NCBI GenBank assembly: GCA_964016885.1
Contig: OZ024740.1
Span: 376,650,001 to 376,714,000 of the forward strand
Source: Eledone cirrhosa
Taxonomy: Eukaryota
Reading direction: 5' to 3'
DNA length: 64,000 bases
Position numbers and translations under genes: made by a program. Positions 38,400-53,215 of this stretch are shown one piece after another. A model generated the notes under the pieces. It was not told where the DNA came from. It made no database searches and was given only the letters and a program-made list of their open reading frames with translations. Numbering within the stretch: position 1 is the stretch's first letter; each line of letters starts with the position of its first letter.

Positions 38400-39780
38400 A
38401 ATATAACTTTGATATTAGGGTCATCAAAAATTCAACCAGAAAAGATTTATATTCTTAGACAAATCGCAAAATCTTTATGAAGTAGAAAAAACACATATAA
38501 CCAACTTCTGAGAATGAAAATCACTCAATACTATAAAAAAGCTAGCTCAGATACTTATGATATAACTAATGAAGCAACAAATATAGCTCATAAATTTGAA
38601 ATGTATAAAAGATTATACGCGAAACGTCTATAACTCACAATGACCTTGACGAGAACTTTGCCTTTAGTCATAAATGCAGATTAATCAACGTTAAAAAATC
38701 CTAGATCATCTTCATTGATAAAATAAATCTTAAATAGCATTAGTAATATTATTCCAGCAATGCTATTAACACCATTATTTTTTTAATTCTAAATTCATCC
38801 ATTTCAATATTATCACTTTAATAAAAAATATTACTAGGCAGTAGAGTAGCCTAGAATTTTCTAAATTGCAAAACTTTATACGACAAATAAAAAAAATTCC
38901 ATTATGCATACCAGGCAAACTCTGCTTTTGCTCCTCAAAAGATACAATAATATAATCTGTCATTTCGTTCTATATCAGCGTAAGATAGTGAATATTTTAA
39001 AGGCATGTGATATCAATGGTCTGTATTCCCTATATGTAATTAAATACAATATAATTACCATTAATAGAGGCCCATAACAATATAACGAGTTGACCATACT
39101 ATAACATGCTAATGACCATATATTATGTGACACTAGCAAAAGTTTTGTCAATACATTTAATAATTTCGGAGTGAAAGATAATAAATAATCACAACAGCTT
39201 CAACCAATATAAATGTTTGTTTGTTTTGTTTGTGTACCCTTTCTTTTTCCTTACCACGGATAAATATAAACGATATATCAAACCCCATATAAAGCTTTCA
39301 TTTATTAATAGATTTATATATCACCTGTCCATAGATTCCAAAACCTTATCAAGAAAATCAGAAGAAGAATGTATACGCTGTCCAATAAAGACATCGGTTA
39401 CAATTATATACTAACAAAGCAATGGTAGCTTGCAAGGTCAAATAGCTTGCAAGGTCAAATATACCTCTAACACGCCGCCGACAACTAAACAGAATGTAGC
39501 AGAATAAATTGTCTCCCTCATCTTTTCTCTTCACAACAAAGCAATGGTAGTTTGCAAGGTCAAATAGCTTGCAAGGTCAAATATACCTCTAACACCCCGC
39601 CGACAACTAAACAGAATGTAGCAGAATAAATTTCTCCCGCATCTTTTCTCTTTAAGTGCTAGATCTACATAACAAAATATTTGGTGGTCTTGATTAATAA
39701 ACATGTTCTCCTTGAAGAACGTTACATAAATAATTAAAAACTGAGCTACAATTTTAATACATACAAGAAGAACCTAATCA
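38400..39780 (+). pseudogene. very degraded Penelope (Neptune-like) RT/EN relic
   Basis: ENF....KCRLIN-like motif near 38650-38690 and weak endonuclease-like traces near 39360-39750. No continuous frame. Confidence 0.3.
39413..39652. repeat. 122-bp tandem duplication, each unit containing a 17-bp tandem duplication
   Basis: Units start at 39413 and 39535. Inner repeat is TAGCTTGCAAGGTCAAA x2. Confidence 0.9.
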
Positions 39781-40039
39781 CAAAATGTCCAAGAAAATTC
39801 ACTGCAGTAATTAGCATTTCTAAGCACATAGCCTCTTAAATGGCCACGTAAAGCTGGTGCAATCATCTCTGATGTGGAGGTCCCCTCCATTAAACTAAAT
39901 CAAAGCACCTTAAATATATAGCTGTGCTGGGAGGAATGGATAAATCTAAACTAAGATATTTAATTACTAACACACACACATACACAAACACACATACACA
40001 CACACATATTATAGAGAATGAGAATGAGGTCTCAATACA

Positions 40040-40077
40040 TATATACTCATATATATATATGTATATATATATATATG

Positions 40078-40138
<61 letters not shown>
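40040..40138. repeat. (TA)n microsatellite
   Basis: Directly visible. Confidence 0.95.
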
Positions 40139-40140
<2 letters not shown>

Positions 40141-40639
40141 ATTGTGTGTGTATGTGTGTGTCTGTGTTTTTGTATATGTGTTTGTTTCGTTTATGAATGG
40201 GGACCATTTGGTTGCTGCATGTAAAATGAGTCAGTCACCTAATTAATTATCTTTCGTTAAGAACATATTCATGTATGCAGAGTCTTTTACTCAGAAAAAT
40301 GTAAACTAGTGATTGTCAGCAAATCCAATAAACATCACACTATAAAAAGATGTATTGTAACAAAGACAATGCCTGAATCTTGAATAACAGAGATGAAACA
40401 ACTCTCATTAGTTTTAATGAACATTAAATGTTTGCGACTTACACTTTTCACCTAATTGTAATTATTATGCTAAATATATTTTATAATTATTATTTGGGTT
40501 AATTACTGCTATCTGGGTGATGGTATTTTTGACACAAACTAAACTCGTATGAAAAATGTCTCACATGCGAAACTTGAGCCCTTCTGTACTCAGGGCTGAC
40601 AATGAGCTCTTTCAAATTATAAAATAGTGAGATAACAGC

Positions 40640-40960
40640 GTATGAATGTTTAATGCCATTTAGATTCCGGAAGTACTTCGATTCATTCTTGTCGACCTCG
40701 ACTTCTATATTCGGACTCTGTGGACCATATACTTGTTTCATTAGGCTATAAATGCAACTAATATTTTTCATACTTACAAGTACCTGTATTTCAGTATCTG
40801 TTCCTGCCTATCTGCTGTCCTTTTTCAGTGTAAAGCTGCATAGCCGGCTCTGTCACTGCAGGAAACTGTGCTCTCAGTGCGTTTTTCAGATCTACTGGGA
40901 TACCTAGTTAGAGAAGTTTAATAAATAAACTAATTACGTTTGATAGGTTAGACTTCTAAA
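40640..40960 (-). pseudogene. possible degraded RTE-like LINE fragment
   Basis: YSLMKQVYGP and RSEKRT resemble RTE linker and endonuclease motifs. Weak. Confidence 0.3.
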
Positions 40961-42346
40961 TTCATTCGCCTGACTGTTATATCGGTATATTTCATCGCCA
41001 ACGAGCAAGTGGCAAGAGATATTATTTACGGCAAATTCTAGAATATGTGCTACGATAGTTAGTGTTCCAAATTATACTGACGATTGGGCCTGGAGTGCAT
41101 TCTAAACGTGGCGTGATCGAGATTACAATGCAACAGCATTCACAATAAGTTTGTAGAAAATGGAAGTGTTGCTCATTCCTGCGCTTAGGTATCCTTAATG
41201 TGAGACAATATCTGTATGGAGCATGACACTGCCTGCAGTTGAGCAATTCATTTATGTAGGTGGTACACTTTCACGTGTTGCTGCTTTGGACGGTGAAATT
41301 CGGAGATGAGTATTAGAAACCTTTTTAACACAAAATCCCGAATCTCCATATCACTCAGTGTACCCAATGTAACATACAAATATTTAACATACAATGTAGA
41401 TGCCACGTAATTATTACATCAGATATACTAAAATATCATATGGCGCACTCAACTGTGCATTTATCTGATTCTGTTATTTTAGTACATTACAAATTAAAAC
41501 ACGATTAAAAATTAGATGAAAAGAAAGAGCTGCAAACATTATTATCCTATATATAGTCCCACTGAAAATCTAGCCGATTAACTATGGACACATTATTAAT
41601 AGATATATCGAAACCAGCAAATATGTCATACACAGCAGCAACATTGTAAAAACTTTAAATAATTTACTGGTTGTTGAAAATCATTTTTAGTTAAAATTCA
41701 TAACCGATGAGGATTTCATCATTTACAGCAATATTCGAATGCACTTTCGCTAGTTTCTCAAGAAATGTGTGAATTAAAATTACACTATCATCCTCATTCT
41801 ATTAAGAACATGTCACTGAGAAACCTAGAAATATTATTGGATTCATGACTTTTTTTTTTTTTAAATCTAAAACGTAAATAATAAAAAGAAATGTGCAAGT
41901 TGCCGATTTTATGAGCCTGCACATTACTTAACCATTTAATTTCTCAACGCATAACTGTATTAAAAAAATGTAGTTTCAAAACTCTTATATATAGTAGTAG
42001 TAAAAATAAAACAGGAGGTTATATCCGTAGTAAGTAGTGCACTCAGTCTAAAGGAAGAGTTCGGTATGAGATTAGTTCCACAACAAATTACCAAACTATA
42101 CTTGAGGACGCGCGTTTCACCGAACGGATTTTCAACACATGTATGGCTGCAATGAGAACGGAAGTGTATATGAGCTGACTAAATTCTGTACGACAGATGA
42201 CGGCAATTTGGTGTCAAGGGAGGTAACTCAAATTAAACTGTTGCGGGGGAAACAATTTTCGTTTGCGTTAGATTATTCCAGGTTAGACTTATGATTATCT
42301 CGGGTCTTTCAGATACCAGGTAATTCTGATAAAACTCTATCACCTG

Positions 42347-42618
<272 letters not shown>

Positions 42619-43597
42619 AGAAAGTGACGTTTTCTTTACAAAGTGAAAAATAACCGAGGTGTCCTATACGAGTGAAAGTATAAAGAAAAAATGATGAAAT
42701 CGAAAATGCAACTGGAGTTTTATTTTTTTTTTTAAATATATATATGTATTTGGTTCATTTACCGGTTTCGCAGTTCTTCTGGTTTTCAAAAGTAGAGTTG
42801 AGATGGAGGGTCTGTGGTTTTTCTCACATCTGGTTGGTCTTAGAATGTTACTTGTTTTATATGGAAAAAAGTGGCTCGAAACGCCAGATATATAATATAT
42901 ATATATATATATATATGTATGTGTAGTATGCGTGTTTTATTTATGCATTTCTAAACAAGAATTCATCAGTAAGCTAATACATTTTTTCCTCGCAACGAAT
43001 GTGAGTTAATTAATCGGAATTTATTGGTCTACTACTTTAAGCATATTAGCACTACTTGGCTTTCAGGCAGAACGTGTCAGTGGGAATTTTCCCACTATCT
43101 TCAAAGTTACATTTTTTCTTCAATTGTTGTTACAGAAAATGTGCCCAAAAGGTTAGACATTTTCATCCTCTATGCTTTCTACTTCCTGTTAAGTGTGATA
43201 TGTTGTTTATTATGTAAGAATAAATTGTAATTCTTGTTTTTGACAAACCACGTAGTTGGAAATTTGCTCAATGTTCATCAGATTAATTAGATTCTAGGTG
43301 TCGCTGCTGTAAACATAGAAACATTGGAGTTAATTTGTTTTAATGCAGAATGGGCAAGGAGCCAGAGATATACAAGTGAACTCTCGGAATAATTGATATT
43401 GGTTTCAAGTCTCTATTGTACTATATCCTTACAAATATAGTAGACGTCAAAACAGAATAGACATTGTAATATCTCACTCCGAATATATGCATGCAATAGT
43501 ATAAGTAGCTTCTGTAGCAACTAGTCTCTTTAAACAAAATGTATTACTTAACAGTAATTTCAGTTGTTGATAGGAAATGTGCTCAAAGTATGTCATC

Positions 43598-43617
43598 CTA
43601 GTAGTAGCAGCAGCAGC

Positions 43618-43705
<88 letters not shown>

Positions 43706-43753
43706 AGGGCGGCAGCAACGAAGGTGGTGATGGGGGCGGTGGTCGTGGTGGTC

Positions 43754-43841
<88 letters not shown>

Positions 43842-43848
43842 CGGCAGC

Positions 43849-43928
<80 letters not shown>

Positions 43929-43929
43929 C

Positions 43930-43987
<58 letters not shown>

Positions 43988-44008
43988 AGTGTAGTTAGGT
44001 AGTAGTAA
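43598..44008. repeat. long (TAG)n microsatellite with CAG/TGG variant blocks
   Basis: Directly visible. Confidence 0.95.
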
Positions 44009-44149
44009 GGGTAGTTATGTCTGGTCAGAAAATTTAGGGGAGACAACCCTAAAATAATTATTTCTAAGTCTAAACGAAGGTACGATTTGTGAGTATTGAA
44101 GTATGAGGAAACAATTAATTAAATTCAGATAAACAAATGTTGAATGTTA

Positions 44150-44940
44150 AAAAAATCAAGTAAATATAGAAAGAAAGAGAAAGTGACTTCCGAACGTGTA
44201 TCCTCCACCACCAACTAACTTACCCTCTGCCTCTGGGTCCCGGTTGACAGGGTGGAGAATATATTGCTCCGGAGGACGGCGAGGCTGACGCGCTGGAACA
44301 GCCACTCCACCTGTGGGCGGCCAACTCTGTTTCGATAGCAGTGAGTAGGGATGTGGTCCGGAGGCCAAGAATTCTGGATGTTTCCACTGCTATATTCTCT
44401 AACATAAACATATCAGAGTGCGGCCGATACTTAAACAGTTTGCGCTTTACGGCTTGGCGCGCAGCAAGGTCAGGGCTGGTAGCCGAACGCACTATGTTGC
44501 CGCTAGAGTAGGTGTCACACCATGTAATGTCGCAGATAAGGGGCCTACCCGCGCGAAACAGGAGGATTGTAAAGCCGTGTGGCCTTTTGCCGTCCCCTCG
44601 GTCCTGCCCTACTGGCGCTTGCTGGGAAGGGATGTCTGCGTCGTCCAGGCTATACTTTATGATCTAGTTGGGAGAAGCACAGCGTAGGAAGCGTCTAGTA
44701 CTGTAATGGCAGGACAGTGGGTTGAAACCGAAAGGATCCACAGTGGTACCGGAACGACATTCCTGAGGTTCACAGACGCGGAGGCCGAACCTCATGGAAA
44801 CACCAGTGCCAGAGGAAAGTGAAGGAACTGCGTTGAGCAAAGTACCACTGTAGGTTTAGTAGGAGTAAACATGCCAGATCGTAGGGTCCAGCCAGCACGT
44901 CAGCCCATCTGAAAGCATCTTGCAAAGGATTGCGACCCAT
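44150..44940 (-). mobile_element. degraded CRE-clade fragment related to 1321-2106
   Basis: Minus strand has GACCGAGGGGACGGCAAAAGGCCA (DRGDGKRP) and LFKYR...IAVETSRILGLRTTSLLTAI, matching the 1.3-2.0 kb element. Confidence 0.7.
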
Positions 44941-47059
44941 TTGTTTTTGGGATACTTCGTGTTGATATGAATATCCCGTCAGCCAGTACACATAAATATG
45001 ATAATCTCTCATACAATTCTATCACAGTACTTATAATAACCAATATATAATACCATTGGAAACAAAATATATATACAATTCTAGCAAACTATTTTTCTCC
45101 TATAGTTCTATATCCAGACCATATGATCGTATTTTAAACATCGATGAATTCGAATTTAGAAAACATAGAAAAAAAAGAAAGAAAGAAATCATATACCAAA
45201 TTTGAAGAATTTTCTTATTTGATAGACAAACTGTTTATGTGTAAGATAATTGACGACTATGAAAAACAAGGCAGGGAGTTAGAGAAAGATGTAATCTTGG
45301 AAAGAAAAAAGAGAAAGTCATAACAAGTAGCTGAAAGTTAAGACTGATGTGATAAAAAAAATACTTCTAATCACATTGCATATGTGGGTCATTGACTTGG
45401 CATTAGGGTTTTAAAAAATCATACTCATATATCATTTTTAGAATTCTTTTTGTAAACCTGTATGAATAAGCACAATAAGTACAATTGCAATATATGTTTA
45501 TTTATGATTATGAAAAACCATTAAGTGTACTTTGATAAGAATACATATACGTATGGATATACATAAAATTGTCACGCGTTTCATAAGCATTTTTTTAAAT
45601 GAACACCTTCAACAATTTTCTGTATAAGAAACAAATGATTTAAAATGGAAAGTTATATCATATCATGTGTACGCATTTCGTCGCCATTTGTGTTAACGCA
45701 TACAGTGCAGTGCAACATAATTTTCTTCAAATATATCTTTACACAATTTTGAGAAAAACAAGTTATATTTTTTAAAAGATAACGTTAGAGCTTTTCGTCT
45801 TCAAAACCTATTAATCAAATGCCAAAAACAAAAACAGAAAAAATACCAACAAATATTTAAACACTTGAATGTTATAATTCTAAAAATGCTTCTTTTCTGT
45901 CAAGTATACTTTACATTCATATTCTAGTACATATTTCTACATTGATTAAAAAAATAAATATTTGAAATCAACCATACATAATGTAAAACGAAAACACTTT
46001 TAGAACGTTTTTAAGACAGAAAATAACAAAAAACATATTAATCATTATGTGAGAGAATGGTTCAATCTACCAGAATTCTTACAGATACATCATCCAAAGC
46101 AGTAAAAGAATATTAATGTTTTTTTATTTTTAATTTATGGGATATAAATGTTTAGGACATTAAGTAAATTAATCTAGGAATACTCTAAAAAATAATAATG
46201 GAATTTATTTTTCGAACAAAGTATATTCAAAAACATGTCGACAATGCTATGCAAATTTCTCATAATTATGTGAAATAAATCAAAGCCTTAGACAGCGTAT
46301 CGTATGTCTTCATGTATGTGTGAGCATTTGTATAATCAGAACCTTCCCAACATTACATATATATATTTATATATATATATGTATGTGCAATGCATATTTG
46401 AGGTGTTTTTCACAAAAACGTATAGAACAAATATGCCTCTAAACGCAACAAACATACATTAGCCTGGGCGGCTAAAAGCAATGCCTCCGTCTCTCTCGTC
46501 ATATCTCCTCTTCTTAACTATGTCCATTAACTTTCTATTTTTAGATGTCTAGCCTTTTCTTCGAATTGGCCGTGCATAGGCTCTCAATTCGTTCTTTTCT
46601 TTCTCAACTCTTTTCTTGTAGTCCTTTTTCCTTACCATGTTTTTTTCCACTAATTTGTCTTGGTAATATGTTTGAGTAGTATGCCTTTGTTGTTTGCAAC
46701 GTAATAGTCTAGACCTCTCCTCTCTGCAGCGACGCATTCTTCTATTCCAATCAATCCTCTCCCACCATTATTTTTTTTTAAACTTATACAGCCTCAAAAG
46801 TGTGCAGCCTTACAAGCCATACACAGTTTAGTTCACCCTCTCTTACAATTCCGCAGAACCACTCTATAACTTGTCAGATTATCCTTTTTGCCTCGAGATT
46901 TCTTTCTAGAACTCTTTTGCTCTTCTCAAAGCAACTCCTAATTTTCGAGGGGATGGTTTATAATGATACATTTCTCAGCTTCGTAGATAATTGTTACAAA
47001 ATATAAATGGATAAAGTGCACCCTCCCTTTTGTCCATGGGTACAACAGCGTTTGTGCTC

Positions 47060-47510
47060 CCAACATTACATTGACAATGCTCTTCGCAAAATGCGGTCAG
47101 TACTAGTAAGTACGATTTTTTTAATTTTTTTTATGCAAGAATCAATTGTCATGTGATCCAAGAGTTTGCCAGTTCCCTTGTTCGTCATGCACAGGGCTTC
47201 AATTACAACTGGAATAGTGGTGAACTTCATACCTTAAATTTTTCAATCACTATTTCAAGATCCTTGTACGTTGAAATCTTTTCAAATATGTTAAAAGATA
47301 CATTGCAATCAGCAGGTACTGACATGTCTATCATGAAGCACATGTTTTTTCCATCTTTTATTATAATATCTGGTCTGTTTGCTTTGATTATACTTTCAGT
47401 ATGTATTACATTATGAATTTAAGTTATTGTTAATAACAGTTTTTTATTACATTTCTCCATAGGACTTACATATTTTCCAGTGGATGTTCTTCCCCACATT
47501 TTCATGTCTG
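47060..47510 (-). pseudogene. degraded R4-like endonuclease fragment
   Basis: Minus strand reads KANRPDIIIKD...CFMIDMSVPAD...YKDLEI.IEK. Confidence 0.65.
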
Positions 47511-48087
47511 CTTTTTGTATTCATAGTGTGCTAAGGTGGTGCATGCAGATATTAGGTGATTCAGTGTTTCAGTATTTCTGTCACAGAAACGTTTCAGATC
47601 TCCCGATCGGTCCGGTATGGGTACCCTCTCTCCTCCCTTCTGTACGTATTGACACTCGAGCTTTTACTGCAGAAGCTGGAGCAGTTGCAGGGCATCCGCT
47701 CGAACCGAGACCTGGAAAAGCTGTGTCGGCATATGCAGAGGACATCAGGGAAATTGAGGTGGGCGACACCTGCTAGGAGTAATAAGAAAGGTTGACGTCA
47801 GCAAAGCTAAAGCAGGATAATCGATAGGCTTGCAGCACAGCACCTGGAGAGGTAAGTCCATGCCGGTCAACAGCGTCGTAGGGCTGGACGGACAGACCAG
47901 ATCTCCAGGGAGATAAGAATTGGAACGAAGTTATGATCAGGGTGACCATTCTCAACATGAAATGGACGCAGAGTAAGATGTCCCTGAAAGACCGAGCGGA
48001 GGCAGCGAATGCGTACATCTCGTCATTCATCTATTACCGCCTGACTGTCGTACCTTGCTCCCGTTAAGAGAGACTTTAGGTTCTTAG

Positions 48088-48145
<58 letters not shown>

Positions 48146-48148
48146 ATA

Positions 48149-48345
48149 CGGTGGATTGGCAGTATCGGTAGAGGGTCGGACGCCATGCTTTCCAGCATAG
48201 TTACGTCCCTTTACGATCTGAGTTCAAATCCCGCCGAGGTTGACTTTGCCTTTCATCCTTACGGGGTCGATAAAATAAAGTACCAGTAATGCACTGGGTA
48301 ATTTGCTGGCCTTGTGCCTAACGTAGAAACAATTATCATTATTAT
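48149..48345 (+). mobile_element. SINE family A copy
   Basis: Near-identical to 332-510, with an ATT tail. Confidence 0.9.
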
Positions 48346-48346
48346 T

Positions 48347-48468
48347 AGGGCAGTGAATTGACAGAATCGGTAGAGCGTTGGGCATCCTGTTTTGTGCGAT
48401 AGAGTTTCGGCCCTTTACATTTTATGTTCAAATCCTGTCGGGGTTAGCTTTTCTTTTCATCTTTATGG
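48347..48468 (+). mobile_element. old partial SINE family A copy
   Basis: GGCAGTGAATTGACAGAATCGGTAGAG...GTTCAAATCC...TTTTCATC. Confidence 0.65.
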
Positions 48469-48897
48469 AGTGCCGGACAGACACGTTTCTCTTCGGCCAA
48501 TCCCTCATCAACTTCGTCAAGTTTCACTTGGAAGGTGAGGGTGGAGAGAGAAGTGCTGCCTCCCAGTACATTTGCTGAAAGGTGGGTGAATGTGGCGTGA
48601 ATGGCCCGTGTGAGTGGGCCTACTCTGGTCATGCGCCTGTAGGTGGGTAAATTTGAGGAGGAGACGGGTGCCCTCTCAGGGTGCTCTAGAAGCGTGAGGT
48701 CGTTCAGGATTGGTGGGGTACCTGAGCGAATTCTGGGTGGTCATACCCCCTAGTGGGGAATTTTTTCTTGTTGTATTTTTATTGTTACTTTGTTATTGTT
48801 ACTCATGTTGTTTACTCGATTTTTCTGTAAAACCCCACTGTCCCAGTCTCTTGTATTGTCCCCTATATGTCGGCCCTTGTGGCCAATAAATGAAATG

Positions 48898-48925
48898 ATT
48901 ATTATTATTATTAGTAGTAGTAGTT

Positions 48926-48998
<73 letters not shown>

Positions 48999-49014
48999 CA
49001 AAAGCAGCAGAGGC

Positions 49015-49070
<56 letters not shown>

Positions 49071-49100
49071 CAGCAGCAGCACCAGCAGTAGCAGTAGTAA
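48898..49100. repeat. (ATT)n followed by (TAG)n microsatellite
   Basis: Directly visible. Confidence 0.95.
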
Positions 49101-50574
49101 CATTGACTACCGGTTTGGACGCCATGGTGATTCGAGCTGTCACAAGCTTTTGCAATTTATTTTTCTCGGGTTTGGTCCACGTATTCAAAATTTACACAAA
49201 TATAACGAAGCAAATCCACTGAGTGTAATTGTAGTTTCTATTTCCTAAATTATACTCTCTTGGAGAGGTTATTGCATCCAAATTTACAATCAAAATAATT
49301 GCTCAATTTTTCACAAAACATGGCAGCATTCAAAAAGATAATAATTGTTTAAGATAATAATGTTCGACTACGGACCTATTGTTATAGAAAGTGTCGATAG
49401 TCAACTTGCGAAAAGGAAGGGGAGGGTAGCAAATTTGTTAATGGTAAATTAGAACAGAGTTTGATATGTAGTGTTGCTGACAATATATGAAACATAAATA
49501 AGAATATTGATACATACAATGAAATTTAAATCTACAACGGCAGCAAAAGTAATGGTAACAGGTTTAACAACAGCAGTAGCATTAATAACAACAACGTCAA
49601 GATCAACAACAATAAGAGTGATAGTAACAGTAGAAGCAGCAGCAGTAAGTGCAATAACAACAACTGTAATATCGATGCAGCGATAATATCAACGCGAGTT
49701 ATACAAGCTAAACATTGGCGACAACAAGAACAGTATTTGCAGTAACAAGCACAAAATAACAAGTCCAATGATGTTCATCACATATCAAACTGTTTGTCTT
49801 GATATGGCTGACTTCCTTCCTTTGCCGACCACAACTGTTAAACACAAGGACAAGAAAAACAACGAGGACGAAAGCGGGAACCTCACCTCAACTTCAAACA
49901 CTAATACTAACAACTACAAGAATACCATGACTGCTTATAACACAAAGTAGCTCAATTCTCTCGCCGATGTTACAAAAAACTGGAGCGAGTGTACTTTTCC
50001 CCAAAACATGCACATTTGAGCGAGTGAAAACGATTTCCAGGAGAAATGAGTGAAGGGAGGTATTGGCTATCCCAGAGAGGTTCCTATGAGAAAGAAACAC
50101 GAGAGCCACAATTATAGGCGTTGGGCGTTTGAGAACACGTTAATACAAATCACCGTGAAATGTCTACGCCATTTTTATTTAATTAGAGAAAAATGGCGTA
50201 GCCATTATAATACAGTGGGAGGAAACATAATAGTACCACTGATGATATCACAGATGTGTGACGAAAGAACTTTGATAGACTATATATATATATATATTTA
50301 TATCTGTATTTTTAACCGGTGATAAACATTGATTGACAAATAAATTAACTATGGAGATATAAAAGATACAGAAGCGAAAACAAGCCCACACCAAACTGAG
50401 TATGTTCTGTTATTATTTCTGGCAGTATTATAACCATATGACCCTCCGCAACTATATATATATATATAAAAAACATGAGAAGAAAGAAGAATACTGCGTG
50501 GTTGCACATGGGTTACATATTATAAAAATAGTCCTTCGTCAGTGATTTGCCAACCATCATTGATATTTCGTCGC

Positions 50575-50576
<2 letters not shown>

Positions 50577-50650
<74 letters not shown>
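50577..50650. repeat. (TA)n microsatellite
   Basis: Directly visible. Confidence 0.95.
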
Positions 50651-50654
<4 letters not shown>

Positions 50655-50679
50655 CTATTTAACGATGTTAATCAACCAT

Positions 50680-51430
50680 GAATATTGATGATTTTGCTGG
50701 CATGAAATGGCAACATATAGAACTTATAAAAATTTAATAGGTATACTACTTATTCAGTCTCTTTAGTTTTTAGACTGATTATAATATTCTCTGCAAAATA
50801 GTATGTATGTGCTTTCCCATGATATTGGCAATGTGTGAGCGCTCTGGGGTCTTGGGATTTTATCTTCTATTCTCTCATTGGACATTCGTAGCACCGCATG
50901 ATAGTTATTTGATATATCGATCTGTTGTTTGATATTCATGTTCCTAGCTTAGTCGAGTAGTTTTCTTGTGAGTTAATGTTTCAGCTATTTCCAGAGTCAC
51001 CACTTACCATGTTTATCGTCTCGAACATTGAAATTTCATTTTTAATCTACACGTGACTTGACCAATAGCTGGCCTCCGGTTCCTTGGGATCTAATATTTT
51101 TCTGGAATTATAAGATGCCTAAGGATGATAGCTGGTTCATTGCTTCACCATTTACTGATGCTAATCAATGCTGAGTGTTAATGATTTTTGCTGGCATGAA
51201 ATGGTACTATATAGTCTGTAAAAATGTTTATTGGCTGTGGCAGTATAATACATTTTATGTCTCTCTGATGACTTAGCCCGTTATATAGTTCTCTACTAAA
51301 TATTAGATATGTGATTTCCTATGATATTGGTATTGTTGCAAGCTCTGTGTGGTTTTGGATTTTTAGATTCAATACTCTCAGTGAGCGACCACAGAGTCGT
51401 ATGATCATTATATGATATATCGATCTCTTT
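50680..51430. repeat. diverged direct repeat, period about 495-500 bp
   Basis: About 50685-50925 aligns with about 51180-51427 through GATTTTGCTGGCATGAAATGG, TGATATTGG and GATATATCGATCT. Confidence 0.7.
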
Positions 51431-51696
51431 ATACATATATATATAAATAAATCCAGAAAAAAGTGTTGCGACGAAAAGAATTTATTGGACATATTGCAAT
51501 TGTTTCTCAGGCGAACAGCTCGAGGCACGATCGATGTGGTGATCAAACCTTACTCTAAAATCGCGCCGTCCTCGGATACGTCTCGATTCTACGAAGCAGA
51601 TTTTCCTATTTATATATATATATACATACGTACATGATGGTTGCCCACTCGTTATCGAGTATGGCCATTGCACGATATAGCATTATTAATAATTAT

Positions 51697-51878
51697 GTGG
51701 ATTGGCATTATCGGTAGAGGGTCGGACGCCATGCTTTGCAGCAGAGTTACGTCCCTTTTACGGACTGAGTTCAAATCCCGCCGAGGTTAACTTTGCCTTT
51801 CATCCTTACGGGGTCGATAAAATAAAGTACCAGTAATACACTGGTATAATTCCTGACCTTGTTCCAAAAGTAGAAACA
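51697..51878 (+). mobile_element. SINE family A copy
   Basis: 15-bp TSD ATTATTAATAATTAT at 51682-51696 and 51879-51893. Confidence 0.9.
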
Positions 51879-51901
51879 ATTATTAATAATTATCAATTAA
51901 T

Positions 51902-52074
51902 TGTTACTACATTTGGCACAAGACCAGCAATTATCCCAGTGTATTACTGGTGCTTTATTTTATCGACCCCGTAAGGATGAAAGGCAAATTGACCTCGGCG
52001 GGATTTAAACTCAGACCATAAAGGGTTGTAACTCTTTGCTGCAAACATGGCGTCAGACCCTATAACCGATACTA
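51902..52074 (-). mobile_element. SINE family A copy, inverted
   Basis: Reverse complement of family A. Flanked by TATCAATTAAT at 51891-51901 and 52073-52083. Confidence 0.88.
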
Positions 52075-52159
52075 TCAATTAATGCTAATGCGCAATGCCT
52101 GTGCGTGAAATTTTTTTTAAAGTCAGGAAAGACTGTGCATTATTTCAATGTCTCCCGCG

Positions 52160-52713
<554 letters not shown>

Positions 52714-52795
<82 letters not shown>

Positions 52796-52849
52796 CATAT
52801 ATACACACATCCATACATGTATATATTTAGATATATACATATATACACA

Positions 52850-52903
<54 letters not shown>
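52714..52903. repeat. (TA)n microsatellite
   Basis: Directly visible. Confidence 0.95.
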
Positions 52904-52910
<7 letters not shown>

Positions 52911-53039
52911 TGGCGCCTCGTTATCGAGTATGGCCATTGCACGATATAACATTATTAATAATTATCAATTAAAGCTATCGTACAATGCCTGTGCGTCAAG
53001 AAGTGAGAAAAGACTGTGCACTGTGCCAATCCCACTCTC

Positions 53040-53215
53040 TGAGCGAAGGTAGCTATAACCCGAAAAGAAGAAAAGCTCAACATCATCGGTAACTACTGAG
53101 CCGCAGGTTTTATGTCGGAGTTATCCCTGTTTCCTAGAAGAATGCCCTGACAAAGACTAGGTCTACTTCACTCCCAGTGGTTTAACCGCGCGATAGGGTA
53201 TCCAGCCTGACTATT
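53040..53215 (-). mobile_element. RTE-type 5' UTR-like non-coding fragment
   Basis: Minus strand GGGAGTGA...CTAGT...CTAGGAAACAGGGATAACTCCGACATAAAACCTGCG aligns with 63472-63545 (+). Confidence 0.45.

Larger units (their letters stand above)
47596..48897 (+). mobile_element. degraded Tx1-like LINE interrupted by (TA)n and SINEs
   Basis: RSVRYGYPLS.LLYVLTLE and VSAYAEDI are RT motifs. 48470-48897 is homologous to the 3' end of 25124-26150 (LINFVKFHL, RVSGPTL). Ends in (ATT)n. Confidence 0.7.

Noticed and set aside
32000-38400. Host exons in the long AT-rich stretch
   Set aside because: No ORF with recognisable motifs or a convincing splice pair was seen. Short exons cannot be excluded without RNA data.
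43474-44046. Poly-Thr/Ser/Val ORFs, also 48750-49248, and poly-Asn at 25937-26278
   Set aside because: Trinucleotide repeats open in several frames, with no unique coding flanks or splice evidence.
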